Shown here: piece after piece, positions 10,823 through 20,290 of the stretch
Layout: the number at the start of each line of letters is the position of its first letter
How positions within the stretch are numbered: position 1 is the stretch's first letter
From: an uncultured Bacillota bacterium
GTDB lineage: Bacteria; Bacillota_I; Bacilli_A; RFN20; CAG-826
Direction: 5' to 3'
Length of the DNA: 64,000 nt
NCBI GenBank assembly: GCA_949289845.1
Contig: CASEPN010000004.1
Location: forward strand, 69 to 64,068
Program-made: the position numbers and the translations under genes
The notes under the pieces: model-generated
The model's database searches: none
Told to the model about the DNA's origin: nothing
The model's input: the letters and a program-made list of their open reading frames with translations, nothing else

Positions 10823-11607
10823 TCCTCTTCCTTATGAAGGAAGCGCCGCCCTTTCTCGAGGGCGGCTTTTTCCCATTTTGCCTCCCGGAGGCCGTCGAGC
10901 TCCTCGAGGAGCTTCCGGTCTTCCTTCGTGAGGGGGAGCCGCTCGAAGAGATCCGGCCTCCTTTCCCTCGTGATGCGGAGCTGCTCCCTCCTCCTCCAGA
11001 GGCGGATCGCCTCGTGGTTCCCGGAATAGAGGATGTCGGGGACCTTCATCCCGCGGTACTCGTAGGGCTCGGTCCACTGGGGATATTCGAGGAGGGGCTC
11101 GTTGAAGCTTTCTTCCCCAAGGGACTCGTTCGCGATCGCCCCGTCGAGGAGGCGGATGACGGAATCGGCGATCGCCATCGAGGGGATCTCGCCTCCCGTG
11201 AGGACGAAGTCGCCCATGGAGACTTCCTCGTCGACGAAGGAGGACACCCTCTCGTCGACTCCCTCGTAGTGGCCGCAGACAAGGATCGCTCCCGCTTCCT
11301 TCGATAGCCTCACGGCGTCCTCTTGCGCGAACCTTTTGCCCCTCGGGGACATGAGAAGGACGCGGCTTCCCGGGGCCCTCCTCTTCGCCTCCTCTATCGC
11401 ATCGACGATCGGCTGCGCTTTCTGGATGAGCCCCGCCCCTCCTCCGATGGAGGGGGTGTCGGTCCTGCCGTAGCGGTCCTTGGTGAAGTCGCGGATCTGG
11501 ATCGCTTCGAAAGAGGCGACGCCCTTGGCAAGGGCGCGCTTGATGATGCTCTGGCTCTCGAAGCCCTCGAACATCTCGGGGAACAGGGTGAGGACCTGGA
11601 TCTTCAT
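10819..11607 (-). CDS. trmD: tRNA (guanine-N1)-methyltransferase TrmD
   Basis: LTLFPEMF, CGHYEGVDER, SMGDFVLTGGE, LLEYPQ. Confidence 0.97.
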   Translation of the reverse strand: MKIQVLTLFPEMFEGFESQSIIKRALAKGVASFEAIQIRDFTKDRYGRTDTPSIGGGAGLIQKAQPIVDAIEEAKRRAPGSRVLLMSPRGKRFAQEDAVRLSKEAGAILVCGHYEGVDERVSSFVDEEVSMGDFVLTGGEIPSMAIADSVIRLLDGAIANESLGEESFNEPLLEYPQWTEPYEYRGMKVPDILYSGNHEAIRLWRRREQLRITRERRPDLFERLPLTKEDRKLLEELDGLREAKWEKAALEKGRRFLHKEED

Positions 11608-12122
11608 AAAAGCCCCGGGATGACCTGGATGACGATCTTCTTGCTCTCGAGATCAAGGTCGAGGACGAACTTCTTGTCGAGGAAAGGGACGGTGAAGCGC
11701 CCGCCTTCCTTCTTCTCGACGACGAGGTTGAGGACGGGGGCGTTCTGCATGGTGTCGACGACCGTCCCGAGGAGATTCCCGTCCTGGTCGAAGCAGGAGA
11801 GTCCCTTGAGGTCCTCCAGCCGGTAGTATCCCTCCGGGACGGGCGCCTCTTCCTTCCGGATGTAGAGAGAAAGCCCGCGGAGAGACTCCGCTTCCTCAGG
11901 GGTGCCGATTTCCTCGAAAAGGAAGGTGAGGGAGTTTCCCGAGGCACGGCAGGAGCGAAGCGTCAGCTCCCTTCCTCCTTCCTTTTCGTCCTCTCTTCTT
12001 GCAAGAAGCTTCCTCCCCTTGGTGAAGCGAAGCTCCGGGAAGCTCGTCAGGGAGCGGGCCTTGACCTCGCCCTTGAGGGCGAAGGGCTTACCGAGCTCGG
12101 CGACCTTGATCCACTCGTCCAT
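11604..12122 (-). CDS. rimM: ribosome maturation factor RimM
   Basis: KPFALKGEVK...YYRLEDLKG...IPGLL; synteny. Confidence 0.92.
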   Translation of the reverse strand: MDEWIKVAELGKPFALKGEVKARSLTSFPELRFTKGRKLLARREDEKEGGRELTLRSCRASGNSLTFLFEEIGTPEEAESLRGLSLYIRKEEAPVPEGYYRLEDLKGLSCFDQDGNLLGTVVDTMQNAPVLNLVVEKKEGGRFTVPFLDKKFVLDLDLESKKIVIQVIPGLL

Positions 12123-12141
12123 GGAGAAAAAGAACGCCTTC

Positions 12142-12420
12142 CTAGGCGTTCTCCCCCTCGGCCTCGGAGAAGCTTTCGAACTTCAGGTGGACCCTGGTGT
12201 TCGTGTCCTCGGCCTTGGCGGCGATGCGGATGACCTCGCGGAGGGCGTTGGCAACGACCCCGCGCTTCCCGATGAGGCGCTTGGTGTCCTCCTCGTCGGC
12301 GCAGATGAGGATCGTGAGGTCGCGGTCCGACCCGGAGGGAATCTCGCGGATGATGATGTCGTCGGGATGCTCGACCATCGGGTCGATCAGGCCGTGGATG
12401 GCCTTGACGTAGTCGGCCAT
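12142..12420 (-). CDS. khpA: KH-domain RNA-binding protein (KhpA/YlqC)
   Basis: LIGKRG GxxG loop; position after rpsP; start MADYVK at 12420. Confidence 0.88.
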   Translation of the reverse strand: MADYVKAIHGLIDPMVEHPDDIIIREIPSGSDRDLTILICADEEDTKRLIGKRGVVANALREVIRIAAKAEDTNTRVHLKFESFSEAEGENA

Positions 12421-12422
12421 CC

Positions 12423-12695
12423 TTAGTTCTTCTTGGCCTTCGCGGCGTTGAACTTGGCGATGATGCCCTTGGCGGTCAGCATCGCGCGGACGGAGTCGCT
12501 GGGGATGGCCCCGTTCTGGAGCCACTTGAGCGCCTTCTCCTCGTCGATCACGGCCTCCTTGGCGCCCTTGGCGGGGTCGTAGATCCCGATCTGCTCGATG
12601 ATGCGGCCGTCCCTGGCGGAGCGGCTGTCGCTGGCGACGATGCGGAAGAAGGGATCCTTGTGGCGTCCGATGCGGGTGAGTCTGAGCTTGACCAT
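12423..12695 (-). CDS. rpsP: 30S ribosomal protein S16
   Basis: MVKLRLTRIG...PFFRIV..DSR..RDG..IE.IG.YDP. Confidence 0.98.
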   Translation of the reverse strand: MVKLRLTRIGRHKDPFFRIVASDSRSARDGRIIEQIGIYDPAKGAKEAVIDEEKALKWLQNGAIPSDSVRAMLTAKGIIAKFNAAKAKKN

Positions 12696-12730
12696 GTTGA
12701 GTTATCTCCTATGTGCTTTCTACGGAGCGG

Positions 12731-12775
12731 AATATCCCCTTCATGAAATGGTTTGTCAAGTTGATTTGCTTGACA
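12731..12775 (-). promoter_or_regulatory. rpsP promoter with TGTCAAG-N8-CTTGACA inverted repeat
   Basis: Minus strand TTGACA-17 bp-GATATT; inverted repeat 12754-12775. Confidence 0.6.
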
Positions 12776-12980
12776 TCGTTAATGTGAATTGGCCTTTGCC
12801 AAAGGAAAGGGGTGGTATATTTCCGGCTAATCTAACGTCGCATGTTAACTTAGCCGGAAAGTTAGGTCTCAGGTTACTGCGGAGTATTTCGAAGACTTAG
12901 CCAGGCACTGGAGTTTTTGGCCCATTTGCGTTTGCTACCGTCGGCTTCGCTATCTGGCCTAAGGGCGTCCATGTTCGCCC

Positions 12981-13009
12981 TTGCCCAGGGACACTGGGTG
13001 GCGTATATT
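12981..13009 (+). promoter_or_regulatory. rplS sigma-A promoter
   Basis: TTGCCC-17 bp-TATATT. Confidence 0.6.
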
Positions 13010-13032
13010 CCACGAGCACGCGAAAGCGCGCC

Positions 13033-13068
13033 GACGGGCTCCGCTGGGCCGACCCCCATGAACCCCGG
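13033..13068 (+). ncRNA. L19 ribosomal protein leader (cis-regulatory RNA)
   Basis: GGGCTCCGCTG...CATGAACCCC resembles the TCCGCTG...ATGAAC core of the L19 leader, directly upstream of the rplS SD. Confidence 0.7.
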
Positions 13069-13090
13069 GAATCATAAGGAGGAAATGACT

Positions 13091-13456
13091 ATGGACATGA
13101 ACTTGGTCGAAAAGGTCACTTCCCGTCAGATTCGGAACGACATCCCGAACTTCTCGGCCGGCGACACCGTCAGGGTGAGCGTCCGCATCGTCGAGAACAA
13201 GAAGGAGCGCATCCAGGCGTTCGAAGGCGTGGTCATCTCTCGCCAGGGCCACGGAGTGAGCGAGACTTTCACGGTCCGCAAGATCTCCAGCGGCATCGGC
13301 GTGGAGAGGATCTGGCCGATCAACGCCCCCTCGATCGCGAAGATCGAAGTGGTCCGCCACGGCAAGGTCCGTCGCGCGAAGATACACTACCTGCGCAAGC
13401 TCTCCGGGAAGGCCGCCCGCATCAAGGAGACGGAAGCCAAAGCGAGCCGCAAGTAG
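13091..13456 (+). CDS. rplS: 50S ribosomal protein L19
   Basis: [43 protein letters not shown]; SD AGGAGG. Confidence 0.98.
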   Translation: MDMNLVEKVTSRQIRNDIPNFSAGDTVRVSVRIVENKKERIQAFEGVVISRQGHGVSETFTVRKISSGIGVERIWPINAPSIAKIEVVRHGKVRRAKIHYLRKLSGKAARIKETEAKASRK

Positions 13457-13471
13457 GCTGCTAGCTCGACG

Positions 13472-13497
13472 AGAAGGCGCCGCGAGGCGCCTTTTCT
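13472..13497 (+). terminator. rplS terminator
   Basis: AGAAGGCGCC-GCGA-GGCGCCTTTTCT. Confidence 0.8.
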
Positions 13498-13548
13498 AGT
13501 TATTGGGCAAATTCCATAATTATTTCTGTAATCTGCTAGAATATTCTT

Positions 13549-14891
13549 GTGAAGCAAGAAATTCGGACAAGATGCCGCTTTGCTTTTAGGCTTCCTGCCC
13601 TTCTCGCCGTTTCCCTTGCCATGGGAGGCCTTGCCTTCGCCTCGTGCGATAGTTCCGAGCCCAGGAACGTGCTCGGTGGCATGGACCCCTTCGAGACGGG
13701 GGAGGCGCCCTCCCTGGCGATCAGGGAAAGAGGGACGCTTGATGAAGCCGAGTCGAGCAAGGGGCTTCCCGGCTCCTATGTCCCGGGCGAGAACGATTCC
13801 TGGGAGAGGGCCACTCCGCTCAATGAGATGCGGATGGGCGGGATTCTTTCTCTTTCCGGCACCCTTGAGGCCGGGCTTTCTCTGAAAGGGGACGGGAACG
13901 GGTCGACGTGGGCCGACGAGGACTGGTATCTACTTCATGTCCAATGCCATGGGGAAGTCTCTTGGGGGATCGATGGCGAAGGCCTCTACGCGGCGGGCTG
14001 GTTCCTTCCTGCCTCTGCGAGCTCGCCGCAAGAACTGTCGATCCTTGGCGTCGCATCTCCGGGGGATGCCGGCAAGGCAGATCTCCCTTCCCGGGTTCTT
14101 TCTTTCTTTCCGTTCGTGCGAAGGGGAATTTGGCGGAGGCCAAGGACTATTCCTTGTCCTTCTCTCTCGAGGAGCCTTCTGCTTCCGAGCCACCTTCCCC
14201 TGGCGCTTTGGATGCCGAGGAGCAGGGGCTTCCGCTCCATTTCACCCTTGCCCAGGCGCTCCCGGGCGGGGCTTCCTCTTTCCTTGGGCAGGGATCAGGC
14301 TCGATGAATCTTTCCTGGCACCCTTATTGGAGGGAGCTGGAGAGGGTGGCGCCCGGCGGCTATGTCCCGGCGATGAACATCGACTTCCTTTCCGGGGAAG
14401 TGGCAAGGGACCTTGTCGAGATCGCCATGGACCTGGAAGGCGTATCCTCGTTTGAGATCGAGGGCGGAATTCTTCGCTACGTGGATTCGGAAGGCTGGGA
14501 GGTTCGGCACGACTTCCTTGCCAAGGAGCACGGGGAGATGATCCTTCGGGCGGCTGCGGCCTTGTTCGGGCGCTCCTCGGACGGAATCGACATGGATCGG
14601 TTCAGGATGGCGATGCCTTCTCTTGTCTATGGGCTCGGGACTGCTAAGGGCTTTGATGGCGTTTCCAACGGGAAATGGGTTCGCCTTTCCCCTTATGTCC
14701 TCCTTGAGGATGGCGTGGCTTCCTGGGGGGCCGGGGCGCTCGCCGATGGCATGGCAAGAATTAGCGATGGATGTTTCACGGACGGGCAGCGGACCGCTTA
14801 TCCGGACGACTACCCGCTTGGTGAGGGAGCCATTGCGGATGAAGGAACGGCAGGCTCAACCTACGTTCCTTTCGCCGCTTTCCCTGGCTAG
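13549..14891 (+). pseudogene. frameshifted putative lipoprotein (PPC-like beta-sandwich motifs); pseudogene, phase-variable gene or 1-nt sequencing error
   Basis: Signal peptide with lipobox LAFASC; ENDSWERATPL...DEDWY in frame 1 continues as PGSFFLSVR...DYSLSF in frame 3 after about 14085-14110. Confidence 0.6.
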
Positions 14892-14943
14892 CGCAATCAG
14901 GACGGGATGCTCGCCAGCGCTCCTGCGCCTATAATCCAACCGC

Positions 14944-15738
14944 ATGGAAAGCGGATATGGCGTGCGCAAGGAATCCTTATCTCCTCTTGGGAAGAAGAAC
15001 GGGCTTTCCTGGAAGAAGAGGGCCCGCGCGATCCTGAAGGTCATTCTTTCGGCGCTCATCGCCGTCCTTCTATCGGGGGGCTCGCAGATCCTTTACTGGC
15101 GCTACGCCTACGGGACCTTCCTGGTGAACGGGTCCTCCATGTACCCGACCCTCAACCACGACGCGGAAATGTGGGTGGACGGCAGGCTTTCCCAGATCCC
15201 TCCCGCGGATATCGGCGCCTTCGACGGAGGGGAAGGGACGGAGTATGTCTGCGATTTCGGATTGATGGACGATTCCGAGGACTTCCGTGATTCCCTTGAA
15301 CGTTTTTCCATAGTTATCACCTACTTTGACGAGGATTTCCGGAATGGCGAGCTCTCGCCCGGTGCCGCCCCTAAGATCAAGCGGATCGTCGGGCTCCCAG
15401 GGGAGACCATCCAGATCGACGCTTCCGGCTCCTTGTTCGTTGACGGAGAGGAGGTTCCTCAGGACTTCGTCCCCGAATGGGGAGAGGACTATTTCCAGGA
15501 CCATCTTCACGAGACCGGATCCGTGGCCTCCTATGCGCTTGGCGAGGATGAGTACTTCCTCCTGGGCGATAACCGCGCGAAGGGCGCTTCTGACGACAGC
15601 AGGTTCGAGGGTCCCGTCTCCTCTTCCTCGCTGATCGGGAAGGCGATCGCCGTCGTCGGGAAGTGCGTCTATCGCGCCTATGACGGCTCGACGAGCTTCC
15701 AGTCCTATCGCTGGCCATGGGAGGTCATGTGCCTATGA
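14944..15738 (+). CDS. lepB: signal peptidase I
   Basis: GSSMYPT (Ser), IKRIVGLPGE (Lys), GDNR...SDDSR. Confidence 0.93.
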   Translation: MESGYGVRKESLSPLGKKNGLSWKKRARAILKVILSALIAVLLSGGSQILYWRYAYGTFLVNGSSMYPTLNHDAEMWVDGRLSQIPPADIGAFDGGEGTEYVCDFGLMDDSEDFRDSLERFSIVITYFDEDFRNGELSPGAAPKIKRIVGLPGETIQIDASGSLFVDGEEVPQDFVPEWGEDYFQDHLHETGSVASYALGEDEYFLLGDNRAKGASDDSRFEGPVSSSSLIGKAIAVVGKCVYRAYDGSTSFQSYRWPWEVMCL

Positions 15739-16604
15739 GCGCGACTTTCTCCCAAGGCATCCATCATTTCCCGGGCCACATGAAGAAGGCCCTGGATAGG
15801 CTTGCCCCTTACGTGAAAGGGGCGGATTTCCTTGTTGAGATATGTGATGCCAGGGCCCCCTTCAGCACCAGGAACCCTCTTTTCGACACTCTTGCCGGGG
15901 CGAAGCCCCGACTCATCGTCTTGTCGAAAGGGGATCTCGCCGACGAGCCCGTCACCTCCTCATGGGTCGCGTATTTCCGCGGGAAGGGGATCCCGGCTTT
16001 CTCCGGGAACCTTGTCGCTGGGAAGATTCTTCCTCTCCTAAGGGAATGCTCGAAGGGCCTTCTTGAAAGGAAGAGGGAGAAGGAGCGGAGGATCGGGATG
16101 AAGCCCCAGGACGCGCGCATCCTCGTCTTCGGCGTCCCGAACGTCGGGAAGTCGACTTTCATCAACGCCTTGGCGGGAAGAAGGCGGCTCAAGAGCGAGA
16201 ACCGCCCCGGCGTCACCAGGGCCGAGCAGTGGCTCCGGATCGAGGGGGGATTCACGTTGCTTGACACCCCGGGGATCCTTCCGATGCGCTACGAGGAGAA
16301 GGAGCAGGCGCTTCATCTCGCGCTCCTGGGTTCCATCCCGGACCGCATCCTGCCGGAAGACCAGCTTTTTCTCGCTTTGATCGGCTTTCTGCGAGAATAT
16401 TACCCATCTTCTTTAAGGGAACGTTTTGGAATCGAAGATATTTCCGGAGTTGCCCCCGAGGACATCGAGTCCGGCGTCGCCCTTCGCCGTGGCCTCCTCG
16501 GGATGCACGGGGAGCCGCGCCTTGAGGAAGCGGGATCGCTTCTCCTCCGGGAGTTCCGGGCCGGGCTTCTTGGCAAGATGAGCCTGGAGCGTCCCTGTGC
16601 TTAG
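15735..16604 (+). CDS. rbgA: ribosome biogenesis GTPase RbgA (YlqF)
   Basis: FPGHMKKA, DARAP, GVPNVGKST, PGVT, DTPG. Confidence 0.95.
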   Translation: MSATFSQGIHHFPGHMKKALDRLAPYVKGADFLVEICDARAPFSTRNPLFDTLAGAKPRLIVLSKGDLADEPVTSSWVAYFRGKGIPAFSGNLVAGKILPLLRECSKGLLERKREKERRIGMKPQDARILVFGVPNVGKSTFINALAGRRRLKSENRPGVTRAEQWLRIEGGFTLLDTPGILPMRYEEKEQALHLALLGSIPDRILPEDQLFLALIGFLREYYPSSLRERFGIEDISGVAPEDIESGVALRRGLLGMHGEPRLEEAGSLLLREFRAGLLGKMSLERPCA

Positions 16605-17217
16605 CTTCGAGAGACGCTTCTTCAAGGAGGGCTATCGCTTCCTCGCCGGGGTGGACGAGGCCGGGAGAGGTCCTCTCGCAGGGCCGCTCGTCGCCGCCGC
16701 GGTCATCTTCCCGGAAGACTACCGGAACGAGGACATCGACGATAGCAAGAAGCTGAGCGCGAGGAAGCGGGAGTCGCTTTTCGGTCCCATCCAGGAGAAC
16801 GCGCTCGCCTACGGGATTGCCGTGCTTGGGGCGGAGGACATCGACAGGCTTAACATTTACCAAGCGACGAGGGTGGCGATGGGGAAGGCCTTGGAGTCCC
16901 TTTCCCCCAGGCCTGACTTCATCATCACGGACGCGATGCCCTTGGAAGGACTCGCCTGTCCTGCCCTTCCTTTGGTGAAGGCGGACGCCCAGTGCCTGAA
17001 CGTGGCGGCCGCCTCGATTCTTGCCAAGGTGACGAGGGACCGCCTGATGGACGAGCTGGACGTGCTTTACCCGGGGTATGGGTTCCGCCGGAACAAGGGA
17101 TACGGGACCAAGGAGCACCTCGAGGCGCTGGAGCGCCTTGGCCCGATCCCTGGCATCCACCGCCGTTCCTTCGGCCCGGTCAAAGCGGCTTTGGAGAAGA
17201 AAGTCTTACTGTTCTAG
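16597..17217 (+). CDS. rnhB: ribonuclease HII
   Basis: GVDEAGRGPLAGP, DSKKL, AAASILAKV, KGYGT. Confidence 0.96.
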   Translation: MLSFERRFFKEGYRFLAGVDEAGRGPLAGPLVAAAVIFPEDYRNEDIDDSKKLSARKRESLFGPIQENALAYGIAVLGAEDIDRLNIYQATRVAMGKALESLSPRPDFIITDAMPLEGLACPALPLVKADAQCLNVAAASILAKVTRDRLMDELDVLYPGYGFRRNKGYGTKEHLEALERLGPIPGIHRRSFGPVKAALEKKVLLF

Positions 17218-17267
17218 GGCACTTTCCGCCCTCCCTCTCCTATAAGGGGTTTGGGAGGAACGAAGAA

Positions 17268-18080
17268 ATGCACAAAGGGAGCGATTTGCTCCTTGCCCTT
17301 TCCACGCACTACGGCGGGGACTGGGACAAGGAGATGGGGGCGGTCCGGAGAAGGGAGTACCTGAGCAAGGAGGTCATAGAGGAGTCCCTTGCGAAAGTCG
17401 GGAGCATGGGAGTGGTCACGATGCTGGACGATTCCTTCCCGCCCCAGCTGCGGCCGGTATGGAAGCCCCCGCTGGTCCTTTACTATGAAGGGGATTTCTC
17501 CCTCGTCCAGAAAGAGGAGAAGTGCGTCACCTACGTCGGGTCGAGGGACTGTAGCGCCTACGGGGCGAAGATGGCAAGGGAGATCGGCGCCGGGCTCGCC
17601 AAACATGGCTACGTCCTTGTCTCGGGCCTTGCCCGCGGGATCGACGCGGCGGCGATGGAAGGGGCACTCGAGGCAGGCGGGCGCGTGGTCGCGGTGCTCG
17701 GCACGGGAGTGGACGTCTGCTACCCGTTGGGAAACAAGCCTCTTTACGAGCGAATCAGGCGCTCCGGGCTTCTCCTCAGCGAGTATCCCCCGGGGACGAA
17801 GGCGAAGCCCGAGCACTTCCCGATGCGGAACCGGATCCTTGCCTTCCTGAGCAAGGTGGTGGTGATCGGGGAGGCGGGACCGAGGAGCGGCACCGCGGTC
17901 ACCGCGAACTACGCGATCGGGAGCAGCAAGGACGTCGGCTGCATCCCTTTCCGGGCGGGAGAGGGGTCCTTGTGCAACCGCCTCATCAACCAGGGGGCCT
18001 ACCTGATCGACGGGCTGGACGACCTCCTCTTCCTCCTCGAGGGGCTCCCTAAGAAAGAAAATTCCGAAGAGGATAAATAA
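17268..18080 (+). CDS. dprA: DNA processing protein DprA
   Basis: VGSR, VSGLARGID, SEYPPG, FPMRNRI; start ATG 17268. Confidence 0.93.
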   Translation: MHKGSDLLLALSTHYGGDWDKEMGAVRRREYLSKEVIEESLAKVGSMGVVTMLDDSFPPQLRPVWKPPLVLYYEGDFSLVQKEEKCVTYVGSRDCSAYGAKMAREIGAGLAKHGYVLVSGLARGIDAAAMEGALEAGGRVVAVLGTGVDVCYPLGNKPLYERIRRSGLLLSEYPPGTKAKPEHFPMRNRILAFLSKVVVIGEAGPRSGTAVTANYAIGSSKDVGCIPFRAGEGSLCNRLINQGAYLIDGLDDLLFLLEGLPKKENSEEDK

Positions 18081-18172
18081 TCCTTTATTTATCAGGGCGC
18101 ACGTCTCGTCCGCCTCTCTTGCGCGGGAAAGGAAAGCACCCCTATATTCTTGCCTCGAGCGGAGGTTTGCCT

Positions 18173-20290
18173 ATGAAGCTTGTGATCGTCGAGTCCCCGA
18201 AGAAATGCGAGACCATCCAGGGGTACCTGGGCCCGGAATACAAGGTCATGGCCTCGCAGGGCCATATCCGCGACCTCAGCACGAAGGGACGGGGAGGACT
18301 CGGCATCAACGTCGAGGAGGGCTTCCTCCCCGATTTCGTCATAAACCCTGAGAAGAAGCGCATTGTCGACTCCCTCCGGAGGGAGTCGCGGAAGGCGGAG
18401 GAAGTAATCCTCGCGACCGACCCTGACCGCGAGGGGGAGGCCATCTCCTGGCATCTCGCCCAGGTGCTTTCCCTTCCCGTCGAGGACACGAAGCGCCTTC
18501 AGTTCCACGAGATTACCAAGCCTGCCCTGGAAGAGGCGATCGCCCATCCGGGGCGCATCGACATGAACCTCGTCAACAGCCAGGAGACGAGGCGCATGTA
18601 CGACCGCGTCATCGGCTTCAAGCTGTCCGGTCTCCTCAAGCGCAAGATCAGTGCGAAGAGCGCCGGGCGCGTCCAGTCGGTCACCCTCCGCATGATTTGC
18701 GACAACGACGAGGAGATCGCCGCCTTCAAGCCCGAGGAGTACTGGACCATCTCCGCGACCATCGCCCTGGAAGGCGGGAATTCCCTTGCCCTGTCCCTCG
18801 AGAAGGTCGATGGGAAGGCCCCGGAGATCCATTCGAAGGAAGAGGCGGACAAAATACTTGCTCGCATCGAGGGGGCGCTTCGGCTCATCTCGCTCCAGAA
18901 CGTCGAGCGGAAGGTCCAGAGCAAGCCTGCCTTCACCACCTCCACCATGCAGCAGGAGGCGTATAACCGCTACCGCTTCTCGCCTTCCAGGACCCAGTCC
19001 ATCGCCCAGCGCCTTTACGAGGGCGTCGCCCTCGACAAGGGGGAGAAGATTGGCCTCATCACCTACATGAGGACCGACTCCACGAGGATCAGCCCGGAGT
19101 TCTACGAGCGCCACGCGAAGCCCTACATTCTCGAGCGCTTCGGCGAGAAATACCTTGGAAAGCCCAAGGCCATGAAGAAGCAGGGGCGCATCCAGGACGC
19201 CCACGAGGCGATCCGCCCCACGGGGACCCATCGGACCCCGGAGTCCTTGAAGCCCTATCTCTCCAGCGACGAATACAAGCTCTATAAGCTCATCTACGAG
19301 CGCGCCCTCGCCTCGATGATGAGCGACCGGGTCGAGATGGTCTCGACCGCCCTCTTCGACGTGGCGGGACTCACCTTCAAGGCCAGCGGGACGAGGACCA
19401 TCTTCCCGGGCTTCGAGGCGCTCCTCCACGAGGAACGGGAGGAGAAGGAGCTTCCCCTTCTCGAGGAAGGGAAGGAGTACCCCCTCCTTTCCAAGGAAGG
19501 GGAACAGAAGTTCACCAAGGCCCCCGCCCGCTTCACCGAGGCCCGGGTCGTCCGCCTCATGGAGGAAAGAGGCATCGGGAGGCCGAGCACCTACGCCTCG
19601 ACGATCAAGACCCTCAAGGACCGGGGGTACGTCACTTCCGACAAGGGCGTCCTCACCCCGACGGAAAGCGGGAAGAAGACGACCCTTGTCCTCAAGAAAT
19701 ACTTCCCGGAGGTCGTCTCCCCCGAGTACACGGCGAACATGGAGACAAAGCTCGACGAGATTGAGGAAGGTCGCGAAAGCCGCCTCGAGGCGATGGAGGA
19801 GTTCTACGGACCCTTCATGGAGAAGTTCGAGAAGGTCCAGAAGGAGATGTACAAGGACCCGGACGAGGAGACGGGCGATCTTTGCCCCGTCTGCGGCTCG
19901 CCCTTGGTGAGGAAGAAAGGGCGCTATGGCCCCTTCGTCTCCTGCAGCGCCTATCCCAGCTGCACCTACGTCAAGAAGGAAGGGAAGACGCCTGTCTTCA
20001 CCGGCGAGAACTGCCCTGAGTGCGGGAAGCCCCTCGTCGAGAGGAAGGACAGGAGGGGGCGGACCTTCGTCGGATGCTCCGGCTATCCGGAGTGCCATTA
20101 CATCAAGGGCGCCGAGGGCCGGAAGAAGGAGGCTCCGGAGCATGTGAAGAAGTGCCCGGACTGCCAGGATGGCTGGCTTGTGCGCCGCCATGGGAGGCGC
20201 GGGGACTTCCTCGGGTGCACCAACTTCCCCCGCTGCCACCACATCGAAAGCATTGAGGGCTCCTCGAAGAAGGATGACAAGGACGAGTGA
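18173..20290 (+). CDS. topA: DNA topoisomerase I with C-terminal Zn ribbons
   Basis: VIVESP, ATDPDREGE, SAGRVQS, ITYMRTDS, three CxxC ribbons. Confidence 0.97.
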   Translation: MKLVIVESPKKCETIQGYLGPEYKVMASQGHIRDLSTKGRGGLGINVEEGFLPDFVINPEKKRIVDSLRRESRKAEEVILATDPDREGEAISWHLAQVLSLPVEDTKRLQFHEITKPALEEAIAHPGRIDMNLVNSQETRRMYDRVIGFKLSGLLKRKISAKSAGRVQSVTLRMICDNDEEIAAFKPEEYWTISATIALEGGNSLALSLEKVDGKAPEIHSKEEADKILARIEGALRLISLQNVERKVQSKPAFTTSTMQQEAYNRYRFSPSRTQSIAQRLYEGVALDKGEKIGLITYMRTDSTRISPEFYERHAKPYILERFGEKYLGKPKAMKKQGRIQDAHEAIRPTGTHRTPESLKPYLSSDEYKLYKLIYERALASMMSDRVEMVSTALFDVAGLTFKASGTRTIFPGFEALLHEEREEKELPLLEEGKEYPLLSKEGEQKFTKAPARFTEARVVRLMEERGIGRPSTYASTIKTLKDRGYVTSDKGVLTPTESGKKTTLVLKKYFPEVVSPEYTANMETKLDEIEEGRESRLEAMEEFYGPFMEKFEKVQKEMYKDPDEETGDLCPVCGSPLVRKKGRYGPFVSCSAYPSCTYVKKEGKTPVFTGENCPECGKPLVERKDRRGRTFVGCSGYPECHYIKGAEGRKKEAPEHVKKCPDCQDGWLVRRHGRRGDFLGCTNFPRCHHIESIEGSSKKDDKDE

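Noticed and set aside
12811-12980. SRP RNA near ffh
   Set aside because: The conserved helix-8 core (CAGG..GRAA..AGCAG) is not found on either strand by eye
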